Shown: positions 18,872 to 28,271, numbered from the stretch's first letter. The stretch is DNA of 49,671 bases from an uncultured Bacilli bacterium (GCA_944332465.1 CALVJZ010000001.1:1-49671), one strand, 5' to 3'. A program made the numbers and translations. The notes: a model not told the origin generated them from the letters alone.

Positions 18872-19245
18872 TTTTTCACCTCATTATCAATCCATTTCAT
18901 TATAACCATTACAATATAGTTAATATCATCTTTAGTTAATTCTTTATCTTTAGAAATATGATGCCATTTATATAAACATCCTCGACAACAAGTCGCTGTA
19001 GCATGTTGTGCCACAAAAACAGGATGTCCTCGCATAGGAGTTTGTTTTCCATCATTTAAAGTTGGATATGAAGCAAGTCTTTTAGATATAAAATCATAAG
19101 CATGCTTCTTTATTTCATCAAAGCCTTTACTTTGTATATACAAAATATCCTTACTTGTTAAATGAAAACGACTACGAAATTTAGATTTTGATAATTTATA
19201 AAGTACTTTATTTACCTCTAAAGTATAATAATCTTCAATCTTCAT
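18868..19245 (-). CDS. DUF4186 domain protein
   Basis: KFRSRFHLT...NDGKQTPMRGHPVFVAQHATATCCRGCLYKWH matches my recollection of the DUF4186 signature. Confidence 0.7.
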   Translation of the reverse strand: MKIEDYYTLEVNKVLYKLSKSKFRSRFHLTSKDILYIQSKGFDEIKKHAYDFISKRLASYPTLNDGKQTPMRGHPVFVAQHATATCCRGCLYKWHHISKDKELTKDDINYIVMVIMKWIDNEVKK

Positions 19246-19247
19246 AA

Positions 19248-19715
19248 TTACTCCGTAATATCAGCATATTGAATTGGTAAAATATTTTCCAAATCAGCAA
19301 GAGCTACCTGTACCTGATAACCAATTTTACCAGCACTAAATATAATACTAGAAAAATCTTTTGCCTTATTATCTATTATAATAGGAAATTGTTTTTTTAA
19401 ACCAATTGGAGAACATCCACCATGTATATAACCCGTAACACCTAATAATTCTTTAGATAAAATCATAGATAATGACTTTTCTGAAACTGCCTTTGCACAT
19501 TTCTTTAAATCAAGTTCTAAAGCAACAGGAATCATAAACACATAATGCTTTTTAGAATTACTAACTGTAATTAAGGTCTTAAAAACTTGATTAAAATCTT
19601 GTTTTAAAACAGTAGCAACCTCAACACCACTAATAGCATCAGTATCCCCATAATAATATGAATCATATTTAATCTTTTTTTGATCTAGTATTCGCATAAC
19701 ATTCGTTTTTTCCAT
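19248..19715 (-). CDS. ybaK: Cys-tRNA(Pro)/Cys-tRNA(Cys) deacylase YbaK
   Basis: 155 aa. N-terminal TNVMRILDQKKIKY, a GGCSPIG loop and a YbaK/EbsC-type C-terminus. Confidence 0.85.
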   Translation of the reverse strand: MEKTNVMRILDQKKIKYDSYYYGDTDAISGVEVATVLKQDFNQVFKTLITVSNSKKHYVFMIPVALELDLKKCAKAVSEKSLSMILSKELLGVTGYIHGGCSPIGLKKQFPIIIDNKAKDFSSIIFSAGKIGYQVQVALADLENILPIQYADITE

Positions 19716-19865
19716 AAAATCACCTCATTGTAAATAATTCAACAAAGTTTCTTACAAAAAATATTTTATCATAGGATAAAACAATTGAAAACATTTAAAA
19801 ACTAGACGTTTACTATATATATTTATCATTATTTTAACTATATTATAATGAAAGGAATGAAGTAT

Positions 19866-20015
19866 ATGTACGGAATGTATCCTTATCCATATTATAATTG
19901 TGGAACTAATGATAACAATGGTTTTGGTTGGTGGTGGGCAATTTTAATTGTCATCTTTATTATTTTCTTTGTATTTAATGGAAATAATAACAACTGTAAT
20001 CATTGTGATAGATAA
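19866..20015 (+). CDS. Small hydrophobic protein (49 aa), YjcZ-like sporulation peptide candidate; not in the ORF track
   Basis: My own translation is MYGMYPYPYYNCGTNDNNGFGWWWAILIVIFIIFFVFNGNNNNCNHCDR*. SD AAGGAA lies ~8 nt upstream, and a terminator-like AGCAC/GTGCT stem plus T-run follows the stop. Confidence 0.45.
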   Translation: MYGMYPYPYYNCGTNDNNGFGWWWAILIVIFIIFFVFNGNNNNCNHCDR

Positions 20016-20099
20016 GCACTTTGGTGCTTTTTTTATTGACAAAAATTAAAACCTGCAATAATTTAAGTAAAGCATTTTTTTATATAGTGAGGTAACAAT

Positions 20100-20532
20100 A
20101 TGAAATTAGTAGAATTAAAATGTAAAAATTGTGGAGCAAACTTAAAAGTCCCAGAAAATCAAACAAATATAACATGTGAATTTTGTAACACAACATTTCA
20201 CCTAGATGATGAAGTACAGCATATTCAATATGACAATATGCAACAAAGCGGATATGAATTTGAAAAAGGAAAAATAAAAGCTAAAGAAGAATATCAGAAG
20301 AATTACTTTAATAAAATGACAACTAGCTAAAAAAACAAAAAAAACAGCTTTAATACTATGCCTAATAGGTATAGGTGGATTTAATGGATTACATGAATTT
20401 TATGTAGGAAATTTTAAGAAAGGAATAATTAAATTTTTTACATTTAACTGGATTTTCATTGGATTAATATATGATATTATAAAAATAGAAAATGGAAAAT
20501 TCCAAGATAGCCAAGGTAAATATTTAAGATAA
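20100..20532 (+). pseudogene. Frameshifted zinc-ribbon + TM2-domain membrane protein gene
   Basis: ORF 20100-20330 encodes a zinc ribbon (CKNCG...CEFC) and stops at TAA 20328. The +1 frame is open from 20320 to 20532 and encodes KKTKKKTALILCLIGIGGFNGLHEFYVGNFKKGIIKFFTFNWIFIGLIYD, a TM2 domain with no start codon of its own. Confidence 0.6.
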
Positions 20533-20536
20533 TAAG

Positions 20537-20569
20537 AACTTTATACATTTAATCGTATAAAGTTTTTTT
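20537..20569 (+). terminator. Intrinsic terminator after the zinc-ribbon/TM2 gene
   Basis: 10-bp stem AACTTTATAC/GTATAAAGTT followed by a T-run. Confidence 0.65.
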
Positions 20570-20570
20570 C

Positions 20571-20598
20571 AAAATAAAAACCGTTGATAAACAACGGT
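20571..20598 (-). terminator. Intrinsic terminator downstream of tRNA-Ala
   Basis: 7-bp stem ACCGTTG/CAACGGT, with a UUUUAUUUU tail on the minus strand. Confidence 0.5.
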
Positions 20599-20609
20599 AA
20601 TAATCAATA

Positions 20610-20685
20610 TGGTGGAGCATAGCGGGATCGAACCGCTGACCTCCACGGTGCAAACGTGGCGCTCTCCCAGCTGAGCTAATGCCCC
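20610..20685 (-). tRNA. tRNA-Ala(TGC)
   Basis: Reverse complement GGGGCATTAGCTCAGCTGGGAGAGC...; G3:U70 present, anticodon loop TTTGCAC, encoded CCA. Confidence 0.95.
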
Positions 20686-20742
20686 AAATATTGTCTCCTT
20701 TTTAAGTCGACAAATAGATTATAACAAGCACCAACATAATTG

Positions 20743-21444
20743 TCAACAATTTTTAAATCTTTTTTCTAAATATTCCCCTTCTAAATAGTAGTTATTTTCC
20801 CTTTTTATTAAATGACGACGCCATCTTTTAAAATTTTTATATGAAAAAACAATACTACTTTTTGAAAAATATATTGGATTTAAATATCTTTCTAATAAAA
20901 ACTTTTCATACAAATAATGAAATTCTTTAACTTCTTTTAATAATTTAATAAACAAAAAACTAGTAAAAAACAAAATATTAAGTGAAGAAAAATATAAAGA
21001 AAAAATATAGAACAATATCAACATAAAAAAACTAATAAAGAAAATTAAATAATAAGAAGTTTTAAAAGAAAATAATAATTGAAAAAATAAACATAATATT
21101 TTTCCACCATCTAATGGATAAACAGGTAACAAATTAAATATTAATATAGCAAAATGATAAAGTGTAATTAATTCTAAATCATTATTAAAAATTAAAATCA
21201 AAAATAAATAAGCAAAGCATTGAAATATAGGACCACATATTAAAATTAAAAATTCTAAAATAAAAGGCATACTGTAAGGAATAAATGTTTTAGAAATGCC
21301 TCCTAATGGAGTAATTAAAATTTCTTTTATATTTCCTCCACATAAATATGTCATTAACACATGACCAAGCTCATGAACTACAACTAACACCGTTATTATC
21401 AAAAATGAAAAAAAAGAAGCTGTAAAAATAGAAGCAAGTGCCAC
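20743..21444 (-). CDS. spoIVFB: Site-2 (M50) intramembrane metalloprotease, SpoIVFB-like
   Basis: HELGH in TM1 and NLLPVYPLDGGK. It sits last in a radC-mreCD-spoIVFA-like operon, as in Bacillus. At 233 aa it is too short to hold a CBS domain. Confidence 0.7.
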   Translation of the reverse strand: MALASIFTASFFSFLIITVLVVVHELGHVLMTYLCGGNIKEILITPLGGISKTFIPYSMPFILEFLILICGPIFQCFAYLFLILIFNNDLELITLYHFAILIFNLLPVYPLDGGKILCLFFQLLFSFKTSYYLIFFISFFMLILFYIFSLYFSSLNILFFTSFLFIKLLKEVKEFHYLYEKFLLERYLNPIYFSKSSIVFSYKNFKRWRRHLIKRENNYYLEGEYLEKRFKNC

Positions 21445-21466
21445 AAAATAAAATAAAGGATGAATC

Positions 21467-22042
21467 TTAAATATATTCTTTATAATCTAAAAACTTACCA
21501 TCTTTTTGAAAAAGTAAATACAACTTTTTATCTTGAGCTTCACCTAACAACTCCCCTTTTTCTACATAATCATATAACTTAATATTAGAAACCGAAACAT
21601 TAGAGTAATAGACGTCTATTCCATCAACTTGTTCCACTACAACCGTATTACCATATCCTTTTTTTTCACCAAGAAATATAACAATTCCACTTTCAAGTAT
21701 TGGTACCATATAATTTTCATCAACGGTTAGCTTTACTCCATCTTTATATTTACTAGATTTCAAATAACTAAGTTTTTCTTGAAACACGGGTTTTTCATCA
21801 ACTAAAACTTTATCAATTGACAAAATGTTTCCGAAATATTTTTGATATATTTCTCCTAACTGTACAAATTTAAACTGCTTATTATAAACATTATCTAAGA
21901 TTTTATTTTTAAAAGAAACATCACTTTTTACCAAAATCATCCCAAACAAAAAAATCGCAATAGTTACTAAAACTCTACTAATAAAACTACGTATACTTTT
22001 CTTTAATACTAACTTCTTCTTAATTACCTTTCTCTTATCCAT
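21467..22042 (-). CDS. spoIVFA: Degenerate LytM/M23-domain membrane protein, SpoIVFA-like
   Basis: N-terminal TM plus a C-terminal LytM-like fold (GIVIFLGEKKGYGNTVVVEQVDGIDVYYSNV...GELLGEA) that lacks the HxxxD/HxH metal ligands. Located immediately upstream of the M50 protease. Confidence 0.55.
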   Translation of the reverse strand: MDKRKVIKKKLVLKKSIRSFISRVLVTIAIFLFGMILVKSDVSFKNKILDNVYNKQFKFVQLGEIYQKYFGNILSIDKVLVDEKPVFQEKLSYLKSSKYKDGVKLTVDENYMVPILESGIVIFLGEKKGYGNTVVVEQVDGIDVYYSNVSVSNIKLYDYVEKGELLGEAQDKKLYLLFQKDGKFLDYKEYI

Positions 22043-22095
22043 ATTATCTCCTCTAATAAATAATATGAAAAAAGAAAAGATAATATGAATCTTTT

Positions 22096-22605
22096 CTAAT
22101 TTATTGAAATTTTTTTAAATCTTTTTGGCAATAACAATACAATAAGATATAAAACTTCTCCATAACATAAATTTAATATTAAACTATGACTAATTTTATA
22201 AATAAGTCTTCCAAAAGTCATTGGAACAAGTTGAAAAATCAAAATAATAAAAGCATTCAAACATTCATAACCAACTATTACCAAAAAAACAAAAAACAAA
22301 ATTGTAAACCAAGTAGGTTGTATATATTTATATAATAAAGTAATAAGCAAAGCAACAATCAAAAACAAAATAGCATTGTAAAATAATAAATTTGTATACA
22401 TAAAATCATAACAAAGACCTACAATTAAAGCACTTAAATAATATGCTTTTTTATTTTTTACAAAAAAAGGATAAATTATAACAAATGAAACAATTGTTAA
22501 CATAGGTGTAAACAAAGACAAATCTCCTACCATATAAGGTAAAAAATTTGATAATATCCCATCTAAAAAAAATGAAACAATTAAAATTATAGTTGAAACT
22601 AACAT
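22096..22605 (-). CDS. mreD: Rod shape-determining protein MreD
   Basis: 169-aa polytopic membrane protein that starts the nucleotide after the mreC stop. Confidence 0.7.
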   Translation of the reverse strand: MLVSTIILIVSFFLDGILSNFLPYMVGDLSLFTPMLTIVSFVIIYPFFVKNKKAYYLSALIVGLCYDFMYTNLLFYNAILFLIVALLITLLYKYIQPTWFTILFFVFLVIVGYECLNAFIILIFQLVPMTFGRLIYKISHSLILNLCYGEVLYLIVLLLPKRFKKISIN

Positions 22606-23400
22606 TTACTCTTTCTCCTTTAAAACTGTTACATAATGAATATTATTAAAATCTTGTGAAGTTTTTATATAAAGAGTCTTACTTAAATCATATTTATCAT
22701 CTTTAACCTCTTCAACTACCCCTATATAAATACCACTTGGAAACATACCACCAAGTCCACTAGTAGTAATAGTGTCACCTTTTTTAACATCACTCATTTT
22801 GTCAACACCAGTAACAGTAACAAGTTCTCTTTTAGCATCATACCCATTCAAAATAGCATAACTATCTCCACTATTAGTCTGAATTGCTACACTAACTTTA
22901 AAATTAACGTCATCACATGTAATTAACTTAATTTCACTAGAATGAGAATATACACGAGAAATCTTTCCTACAAGTCCATGTTTAGTAATAACCGCCATGT
23001 CTTTTTTTATTCCATCTTTAGAACCTTTATCAATCATAATTTGATTAAACCAATAATTCTTGTTTCTAGATAAAATTGTTGCATTAATTGGTGTATACTC
23101 CGTTAAGGTAGTCTTTAAATCTAAAACTTCTTTTAATTCTTGTATCTCTTTTTCTAAAGAAGCATTTACATTTTTTTGAATAAGATAACTCTCAGACTGA
23201 TCAACATTTTTTTCTCCGTTAAGCGCTGTAAAAGGATACATAACTATCTTATCAATTGTCATAATAACGCTTTTTACTAAACCTTCACCAAAAAAATTAG
23301 CCCTATTTAACTGAATAGAAGAAATAAGTGCAATTATAGCAACAATAACAACACTTAAAATAATCAAATTTCTTTTTTTAGTCTTTTTATTCTTATACAT
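22606..23400 (-). CDS. mreC: Rod shape-determining protein MreC
   Basis: N-terminal TM, a coiled-coil (LEKEIQELKEVLDLK), and beta domains with GLVGKISRV and TSGLGGMFPSGIYIG. Confidence 0.85.
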   Translation of the reverse strand: MYKNKKTKKRNLIILSVVIVAIIALISSIQLNRANFFGEGLVKSVIMTIDKIVMYPFTALNGEKNVDQSESYLIQKNVNASLEKEIQELKEVLDLKTTLTEYTPINATILSRNKNYWFNQIMIDKGSKDGIKKDMAVITKHGLVGKISRVYSHSSEIKLITCDDVNFKVSVAIQTNSGDSYAILNGYDAKRELVTVTGVDKMSDVKKGDTITTSGLGGMFPSGIYIGVVEEVKDDKYDLSKTLYIKTSQDFNNIHYVTVLKEKE

Positions 23401-23450
23401 AACATCATCCCATTCCAGATTATTATAATATAAATAAAATTGAGTCGCAA

Positions 23451-24140
23451 CTATAGATTCAAAATATTACGATGTTCAAAAAAACTATAATAACTATCTT
23501 CGCAGACAATAATATGATCTCTAACAGGAATTCCTTGAAGTTGACCTATTTTAACTAAGTGATCTGTAAGTAAAATATCTTCTTTACTAGGTTGTATAGA
23601 ACCAGATGGATGATTATGTACACAAATAATACTAGAAGCACTAAGACGATATGCTTCTTTAAAAATTTCCCTTGGATGAACAACACTTCGATTAATAGTA
23701 CCCATAAACAACAACTTCCTTTCTAATAACTCTTGTCTATTATTAAAATAATAACAATAAAAATATTCTTGTTTTAAATCAACAATATAATATTTTGCAT
23801 CTAACCATATATCTTTAGGATTAGACAAAAACATTCTTTTTTTCTCAACATTTTTTAAAAAAATTCTCTTTCCAAATTCAATAGCTGCTAAAATATCTAT
23901 TGCCTTTACACTCCCAATACCATAAATAGAAAGCAAATCATAATAACTACAATCACGAATAGCTGTTAATGGGAATTTTTTCAAGACATCAATTGCTAAT
24001 TGAATTGCATTTTTATCTTTACTTCCATTTCTCAAAATAATAGCAAGAAGTTCAGAATCAGATAAAGAACTTGCCCCATTTAACAACAACTTTTCTCTAG
24101 GACGACTATCTTCAGGAAGTTCTTTTATACGATAATTTAT
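23451..24140 (-). CDS. radC: RadC/YsxA family JAB-domain protein
   Basis: HhH region plus the JAMM motif HNHPSG...PSKED. I extended it 17 codons upstream of the track's TTG start because the conserved N-terminal IKELPEDSRPREKLL is encoded in frame there. The only possible start is ATA at 24140 (see findings). Confidence 0.85.
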   Translation of the reverse strand: MNYRIKELPEDSRPREKLLLNGASSLSDSELLAIILRNGSKDKNAIQLAIDVLKKFPLTAIRDCSYYDLLSIYGIGSVKAIDILAAIEFGKRIFLKNVEKKRMFLSNPKDIWLDAKYYIVDLKQEYFYCYYFNNRQELLERKLLFMGTINRSVVHPREIFKEAYRLSASSIICVHNHPSGSIQPSKEDILLTDHLVKIGQLQGIPVRDHIIVCEDSYYSFFEHRNILNL

Positions 24141-24171
24141 AAAACCTCACCTCTTACTTATTATTATCAAC

Positions 24172-24624
24172 TTAACTATTATTTCCTAGAATTTGTTCAT
24201 AATTTGCCAAAACAACTTCTTCTACTGTCAAAATATCACTAGTAACATCACTATCTTCTACCAATAAATCAAATTGACTAACATTACTTGCAAATTCTTC
24301 ATTATCAAGTTCTACTGTTTTAATATATATATCGTAACCCAAATTTTGATAAATTTTTTGAATCTTTTTAGCATTGTCAGCACTCATTGTAATACCAACA
24401 TATACATAATATTTATCATCTTCAAAAATCGCAAGTTTATTAGTTAAGTCTTCTACATTTTCTTGCATAATATCCTTTGACGAATAAACACCTTCTTGTA
24501 AAAAATAATAAGTATTATTAGGAGAAAACACAGAAACACTAACAGGAGCTTTATCATATAAAATGTTTCCACATATTGCTCCTAACCCAACAAAAATTAA
24601 AGCTAATAACAAAGTTTTTTTCAT
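24172..24624 (-). CDS. Membrane-anchored SPOR-like domain protein
   Basis: N-terminal TM (MKKTLLLALIFVGLGAI). The C-terminal YFLQEGVYSS...YYVYVGITMSADNAKKIQKIYQNLGYDIYIK has a SPOR-type beta-alpha-beta-beta repeat pattern. Start moved to the ATG with SD GGTGA. Confidence 0.5.
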   Translation of the reverse strand: MKKTLLLALIFVGLGAICGNILYDKAPVSVSVFSPNNTYYFLQEGVYSSKDIMQENVEDLTNKLAIFEDDKYYVYVGITMSADNAKKIQKIYQNLGYDIYIKTVELDNEEFASNVSQFDLLVEDSDVTSDILTVEEVVLANYEQILGNNS

Positions 24625-24696
24625 AAATATCACCAATAATAAAATAACAAATATTATTAGCGTTTTATGTCGAAAAAAAAAGATATTAGAAAATAT

Positions 24697-25563
24697 CTAT
24701 CTCTTTAACTGATAAACAAATCTTGACTGTTCTTTTATAGAATCAGAATTAATACAATATCTATCAAAAACAAACTGAAAATAATCACCACAATTTTCAG
24801 AAGACATTACAACAAAACCAGGGTTTCCTTCTGGAAAATCTCTATAATGCATATCATCACTTAACGTTGGTAATTTTAAAAAATCTTCTGCCGCACGAAA
24901 TTTATGGGCATGGCCTTGAATTGCAAAAACATCTGGCAACAAACGATATTGTGGTCGAATAGTACAATGATGCTCTAAAGAAAAAGGAACACCATCTACC
25001 GTAAAATAAGCTTGGGAATAACCAAGAGGCATCACATTTTTCTTTTCTCCAGCCAAAACTTTTAGCAAATCAAAACCATGTTTATGATATTTTAAATCAT
25101 GATTTCCTCCCAAAATATATTGTTTCACTCTCTTATCCTCAGGATAAGCTTCAATAACATGATCTAATTGTTTTAAAGGTGTCTGAAATCCCCTTTTGCA
25201 TTCTATTAAGCCTGCTCCAATATCACCACCATGCATAATACTTGAAATATGATTTCTATGACAAAAATCTATAACCATAGGAAAATAATTTAAATTTTCA
25301 TATTTACTACCAAAATGAGTATCCGCAACAAAAACAATTCTCTTATGAGCAAAATCCACCATACTACAACTATTTAAATATATTGATTTTAACTGTTCTC
25401 TTTCTTCTTCTTCAAAATTTCTTTTATAGGAGAGCGCCTCATTCCTTAAACCTGACAATAATTCAAACTTATCCATTTGATATTCTTCTAAAACTTTATC
25501 AAAATCTTCACCATCAAGTAATCTTTCTAAGGCATCTCTCACTAAACCACCGCCCATTATCAT
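24697..25563 (-). CDS. Metallophosphoesterase (calcineurin-like)
   Basis: VADTHFG, GGDIG, GGNHD and GHAH motifs in canonical order, with a ~70-aa N-terminal helical extension. Confidence 0.75.
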   Translation of the reverse strand: MIMGGGLVRDALERLLDGEDFDKVLEEYQMDKFELLSGLRNEALSYKRNFEEEEREQLKSIYLNSCSMVDFAHKRIVFVADTHFGSKYENLNYFPMVIDFCHRNHISSIMHGGDIGAGLIECKRGFQTPLKQLDHVIEAYPEDKRVKQYILGGNHDLKYHKHGFDLLKVLAGEKKNVMPLGYSQAYFTVDGVPFSLEHHCTIRPQYRLLPDVFAIQGHAHKFRAAEDFLKLPTLSDDMHYRDFPEGNPGFVVMSSENCGDYFQFVFDRYCINSDSIKEQSRFVYQLKR

Positions 25564-25589
25564 ACTCTAATACCAGAATACTAAAAAAG

Positions 25590-25621
25590 ATAAAAAAAAA
25601 CAATAGGAAAAACCTATTGTT
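25590..25621 (-). terminator. Intrinsic terminator of valS
   Basis: 9-bp stem AACAATAGG/CCTATTGTT, followed on the minus strand by a run of 9 T. Confidence 0.8.
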
Positions 25622-25629
25622 TTAAAATT

Positions 25630-28173
25630 TTACAATTGACTTTCCAAAGTTTTTAATTTTTCTTTTTCTTCCGCCAACTTACTTCTATCTAAATCAACTA
25701 TATTTTTAGGTGCTTTTTTAACATAATTTTCATTTTCTAAAAGCTTCTCCCTACGTTCTATAGAAGCTTTTAATTTCTTTACTTCTTCTTCTAATTGTTC
25801 CTTATTAATCTCATTTTCAAAATAATAAGTAATTTGAAGTAATGAAGATTGATAAGAAACTGATTGTAAACCATTTACATCAGATAAATCTGAGATAATA
25901 TTATCATCTGTAATCTTTAATTGTGAAGAGTAAATTGTTTTTAAATCAGAAGAAGTTTTTATATCAACCTTAGCATCTTTTTTTATACCATTAGAAACTT
26001 TTAAATTTCTAATCTCTGTAATATCATGAATAGCTTTAACAACATCATCATAAACGTCATTAAACACTTGTTCCTTATTATAACTTGGATAAGAACTAAT
26101 CATAATAGATTCACTTGACTTAACAGGTAATTTTTGATAAATCTCCTCAGTTACATAAGGCATAAATGGATGTAATAATTTTAAAATAGTTGTCAAAACA
26201 TCTAATAAAACACTCTTAGTTGTATAATTCATAGAAGTTTTACTTAACTCTATATAATTATCACAGAAATCTTCCCAAATAAATTGATATAAATTACTTC
26301 CTACATGTTGAAATTCATAGCTATCCATATTTTTTATTGTTTCTTCAATCAAACGATTTTTAGCTGTTAAAATCCACTTATCAGCTAAGCTTAAATTATC
26401 AAAAGTAATTTTATCTGTTGTTAAATCATCAATATTCATTAAAACATAACGAGACGCATTCCATAACTTATTAATAAAATTCCAAGTTGATTTAACTTTT
26501 TCTTCATCATAGCGTAAATCAGTTCCTGGTGCTGTATTTGTTGTTAAAAAGAAACGTAGACTATCAGCACCATACTCTTCTATAACATCCATTGGATCTA
26601 CTCCATTACCAAGTGACTTGCTCATCTTACGTCCTTCTTTATCACGAACAAGACCATGAATAAGACAATCATTAAAAGGTCTCTTACCAGTAAATTCTAA
26701 TCCTTGAAAAGTCATACGATTTACCCAGAAAGGAATAATATCATAACCTGTAACCAACACATTATTTGGATAATATCTTTTAAAATCATCAGTCTCTTCA
26801 GGCCATCCTAAAGTTGAAAATGGCCATAAAGCAGATGAAAACCAAGTATCAAGAACATCTTCATCTTGTACCCAACCATCACCTTCAGGAGCACTAAGTC
26901 CTACATAAACTTCATCACCACGATACCAAGCAGGAATCCTATGCCCCCACCACAACTGTCTAGAAATACACCAATCATAAGTAATTTCCATCCAATGATT
27001 CATTGTTTTTTCATAACGTTCAGGTACAAAATTAACTTTTGTTTTCTTATTTTTTTGATTTTCTAAAACACGATCAGCTAAAGGTCTCATCTTAACAAAC
27101 CATTGCTTAGATAACGTTGGTTCAACTACTGCATCACTACGCTCACTATGTCCAACATTGTGAATAATTTCTTCAACACGAATTAATAAATCTTTTTCTT
27201 TTAAATCCTCAACTAGCTTTTCACGACATTCTTCACGAGTCATCCCCTCATAACCAGGAGCGTTCTCATTCATTGTGGCATCTAAATTCATAACAACAAC
27301 TTGTTCCAAATTATGACGTAATCCAACTTCATAATCATTAGGATCATGTGCAGGTGTAATCTTAACAACACCAGTACCAAATTCAGGGTCTGCATGCTCG
27401 TCAGCAACAATAGGAATTTCCTTTCCAACAATCGGTAAAACTACTGATTTTCCAATAATATCCTTATATCTTTCATCATTAGGGTTAACAGCAACTGCGG
27501 TATCACCAAATAAAGTTTCAGGACGAGTTGTTGCAACATCTAAAAATTTATCAGTACCACTTATATAATATTTAATATGATAAAATGCACCCTTATCCTC
27601 TTTATAAATAACTTCCTCATTTGAAAGTGCCGTCATCTGAACTGGATCCCAGTTAATCATACGAGTACCACGATAAATTAATCCCTTATTATAAAGTGTA
27701 ACGAATACATAATTAACTGCATCATTTAAACCTTTATCTAAAGTAAATCTTTCTTTTGTATAATCCAAACTAAGTCCAAGTTTAGACCATTGTTCATGAA
27801 TAGTATTAGCATATTCATCTTTCCAATTCCAAGCTTGTTTAAGCCAGTCTTCTCTAGACATACCACGGGGATTTACACCAGAATCACGTAATCTCTTATC
27901 AACTTTTGCTTGAGTAGCAATACCAGCGTGATCCATACCTGGTAACCATAAAGCATCATAACCTTGCATTCTTTTATAACGAATTAAAATATCTTGTAAA
28001 GCTGTATCCCAGGCATGACCTAAATGAAGCTTTCCAGTTACGTTTGGAGGTGGTATTACAATACAATAAGGTGTTTTATCACTTTTACTATCAGAATTAA
28101 AATAACCCTTACTTAACCACTCCTCATATTTGTTTTTTTCTACATCTATATGATTATATTTTTTATCTAACAT
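25630..28173 (-). CDS. valS: Valine--tRNA ligase
   Basis: Class-I HIGH ([12 protein letters not shown]) and KMSKS motifs, an editing domain and a C-terminal coiled coil. Start moved to the ATG (MLDKKYNH) because the track's GTG lies inside the SD AGGAAGGTGA. Confidence 0.95.
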   Translation of the reverse strand: MLDKKYNHIDVEKNKYEEWLSKGYFNSDSKSDKTPYCIVIPPPNVTGKLHLGHAWDTALQDILIRYKRMQGYDALWLPGMDHAGIATQAKVDKRLRDSGVNPRGMSREDWLKQAWNWKDEYANTIHEQWSKLGLSLDYTKERFTLDKGLNDAVNYVFVTLYNKGLIYRGTRMINWDPVQMTALSNEEVIYKEDKGAFYHIKYYISGTDKFLDVATTRPETLFGDTAVAVNPNDERYKDIIGKSVVLPIVGKEIPIVADEHADPEFGTGVVKITPAHDPNDYEVGLRHNLEQVVVMNLDATMNENAPGYEGMTREECREKLVEDLKEKDLLIRVEEIIHNVGHSERSDAVVEPTLSKQWFVKMRPLADRVLENQKNKKTKVNFVPERYEKTMNHWMEITYDWCISRQLWWGHRIPAWYRGDEVYVGLSAPEGDGWVQDEDVLDTWFSSALWPFSTLGWPEETDDFKRYYPNNVLVTGYDIIPFWVNRMTFQGLEFTGKRPFNDCLIHGLVRDKEGRKMSKSLGNGVDPMDVIEEYGADSLRFFLTTNTAPGTDLRYDEEKVKSTWNFINKLWNASRYVLMNIDDLTTDKITFDNLSLADKWILTAKNRLIEETIKNMDSYEFQHVGSNLYQFIWEDFCDNYIELSKTSMNYTTKSVLLDVLTTILKLLHPFMPYVTEEIYQKLPVKSSESIMISSYPSYNKEQVFNDVYDDVVKAIHDITEIRNLKVSNGIKKDAKVDIKTSSDLKTIYSSQLKITDDNIISDLSDVNGLQSVSYQSSLLQITYYFENEINKEQLEEEVKKLKASIERREKLLENENYVKKAPKNIVDLDRSKLAEEKEKLKTLESQL

Positions 28174-28271
28174 TGTCTTCACCTTCCTACTATTTTATTA
28201 TTTATATAATTAAATTGAGACTCGTACATAATCACCCTTAAATATAAATTGCATTAAAATCACCTCTTAAC

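Noticed and set aside
20320-20345. Programmed +1 frameshifting (prfB-like) or A-run phase variation in the zinc-ribbon/TM2 gene.
   Set aside because: The shift window (20320-20328) precedes the A-run. The P-site codon AGC cannot re-pair in the +1 frame, and there is no upstream SD-like stimulator. A simple indel or pseudogene is more parsimonious.
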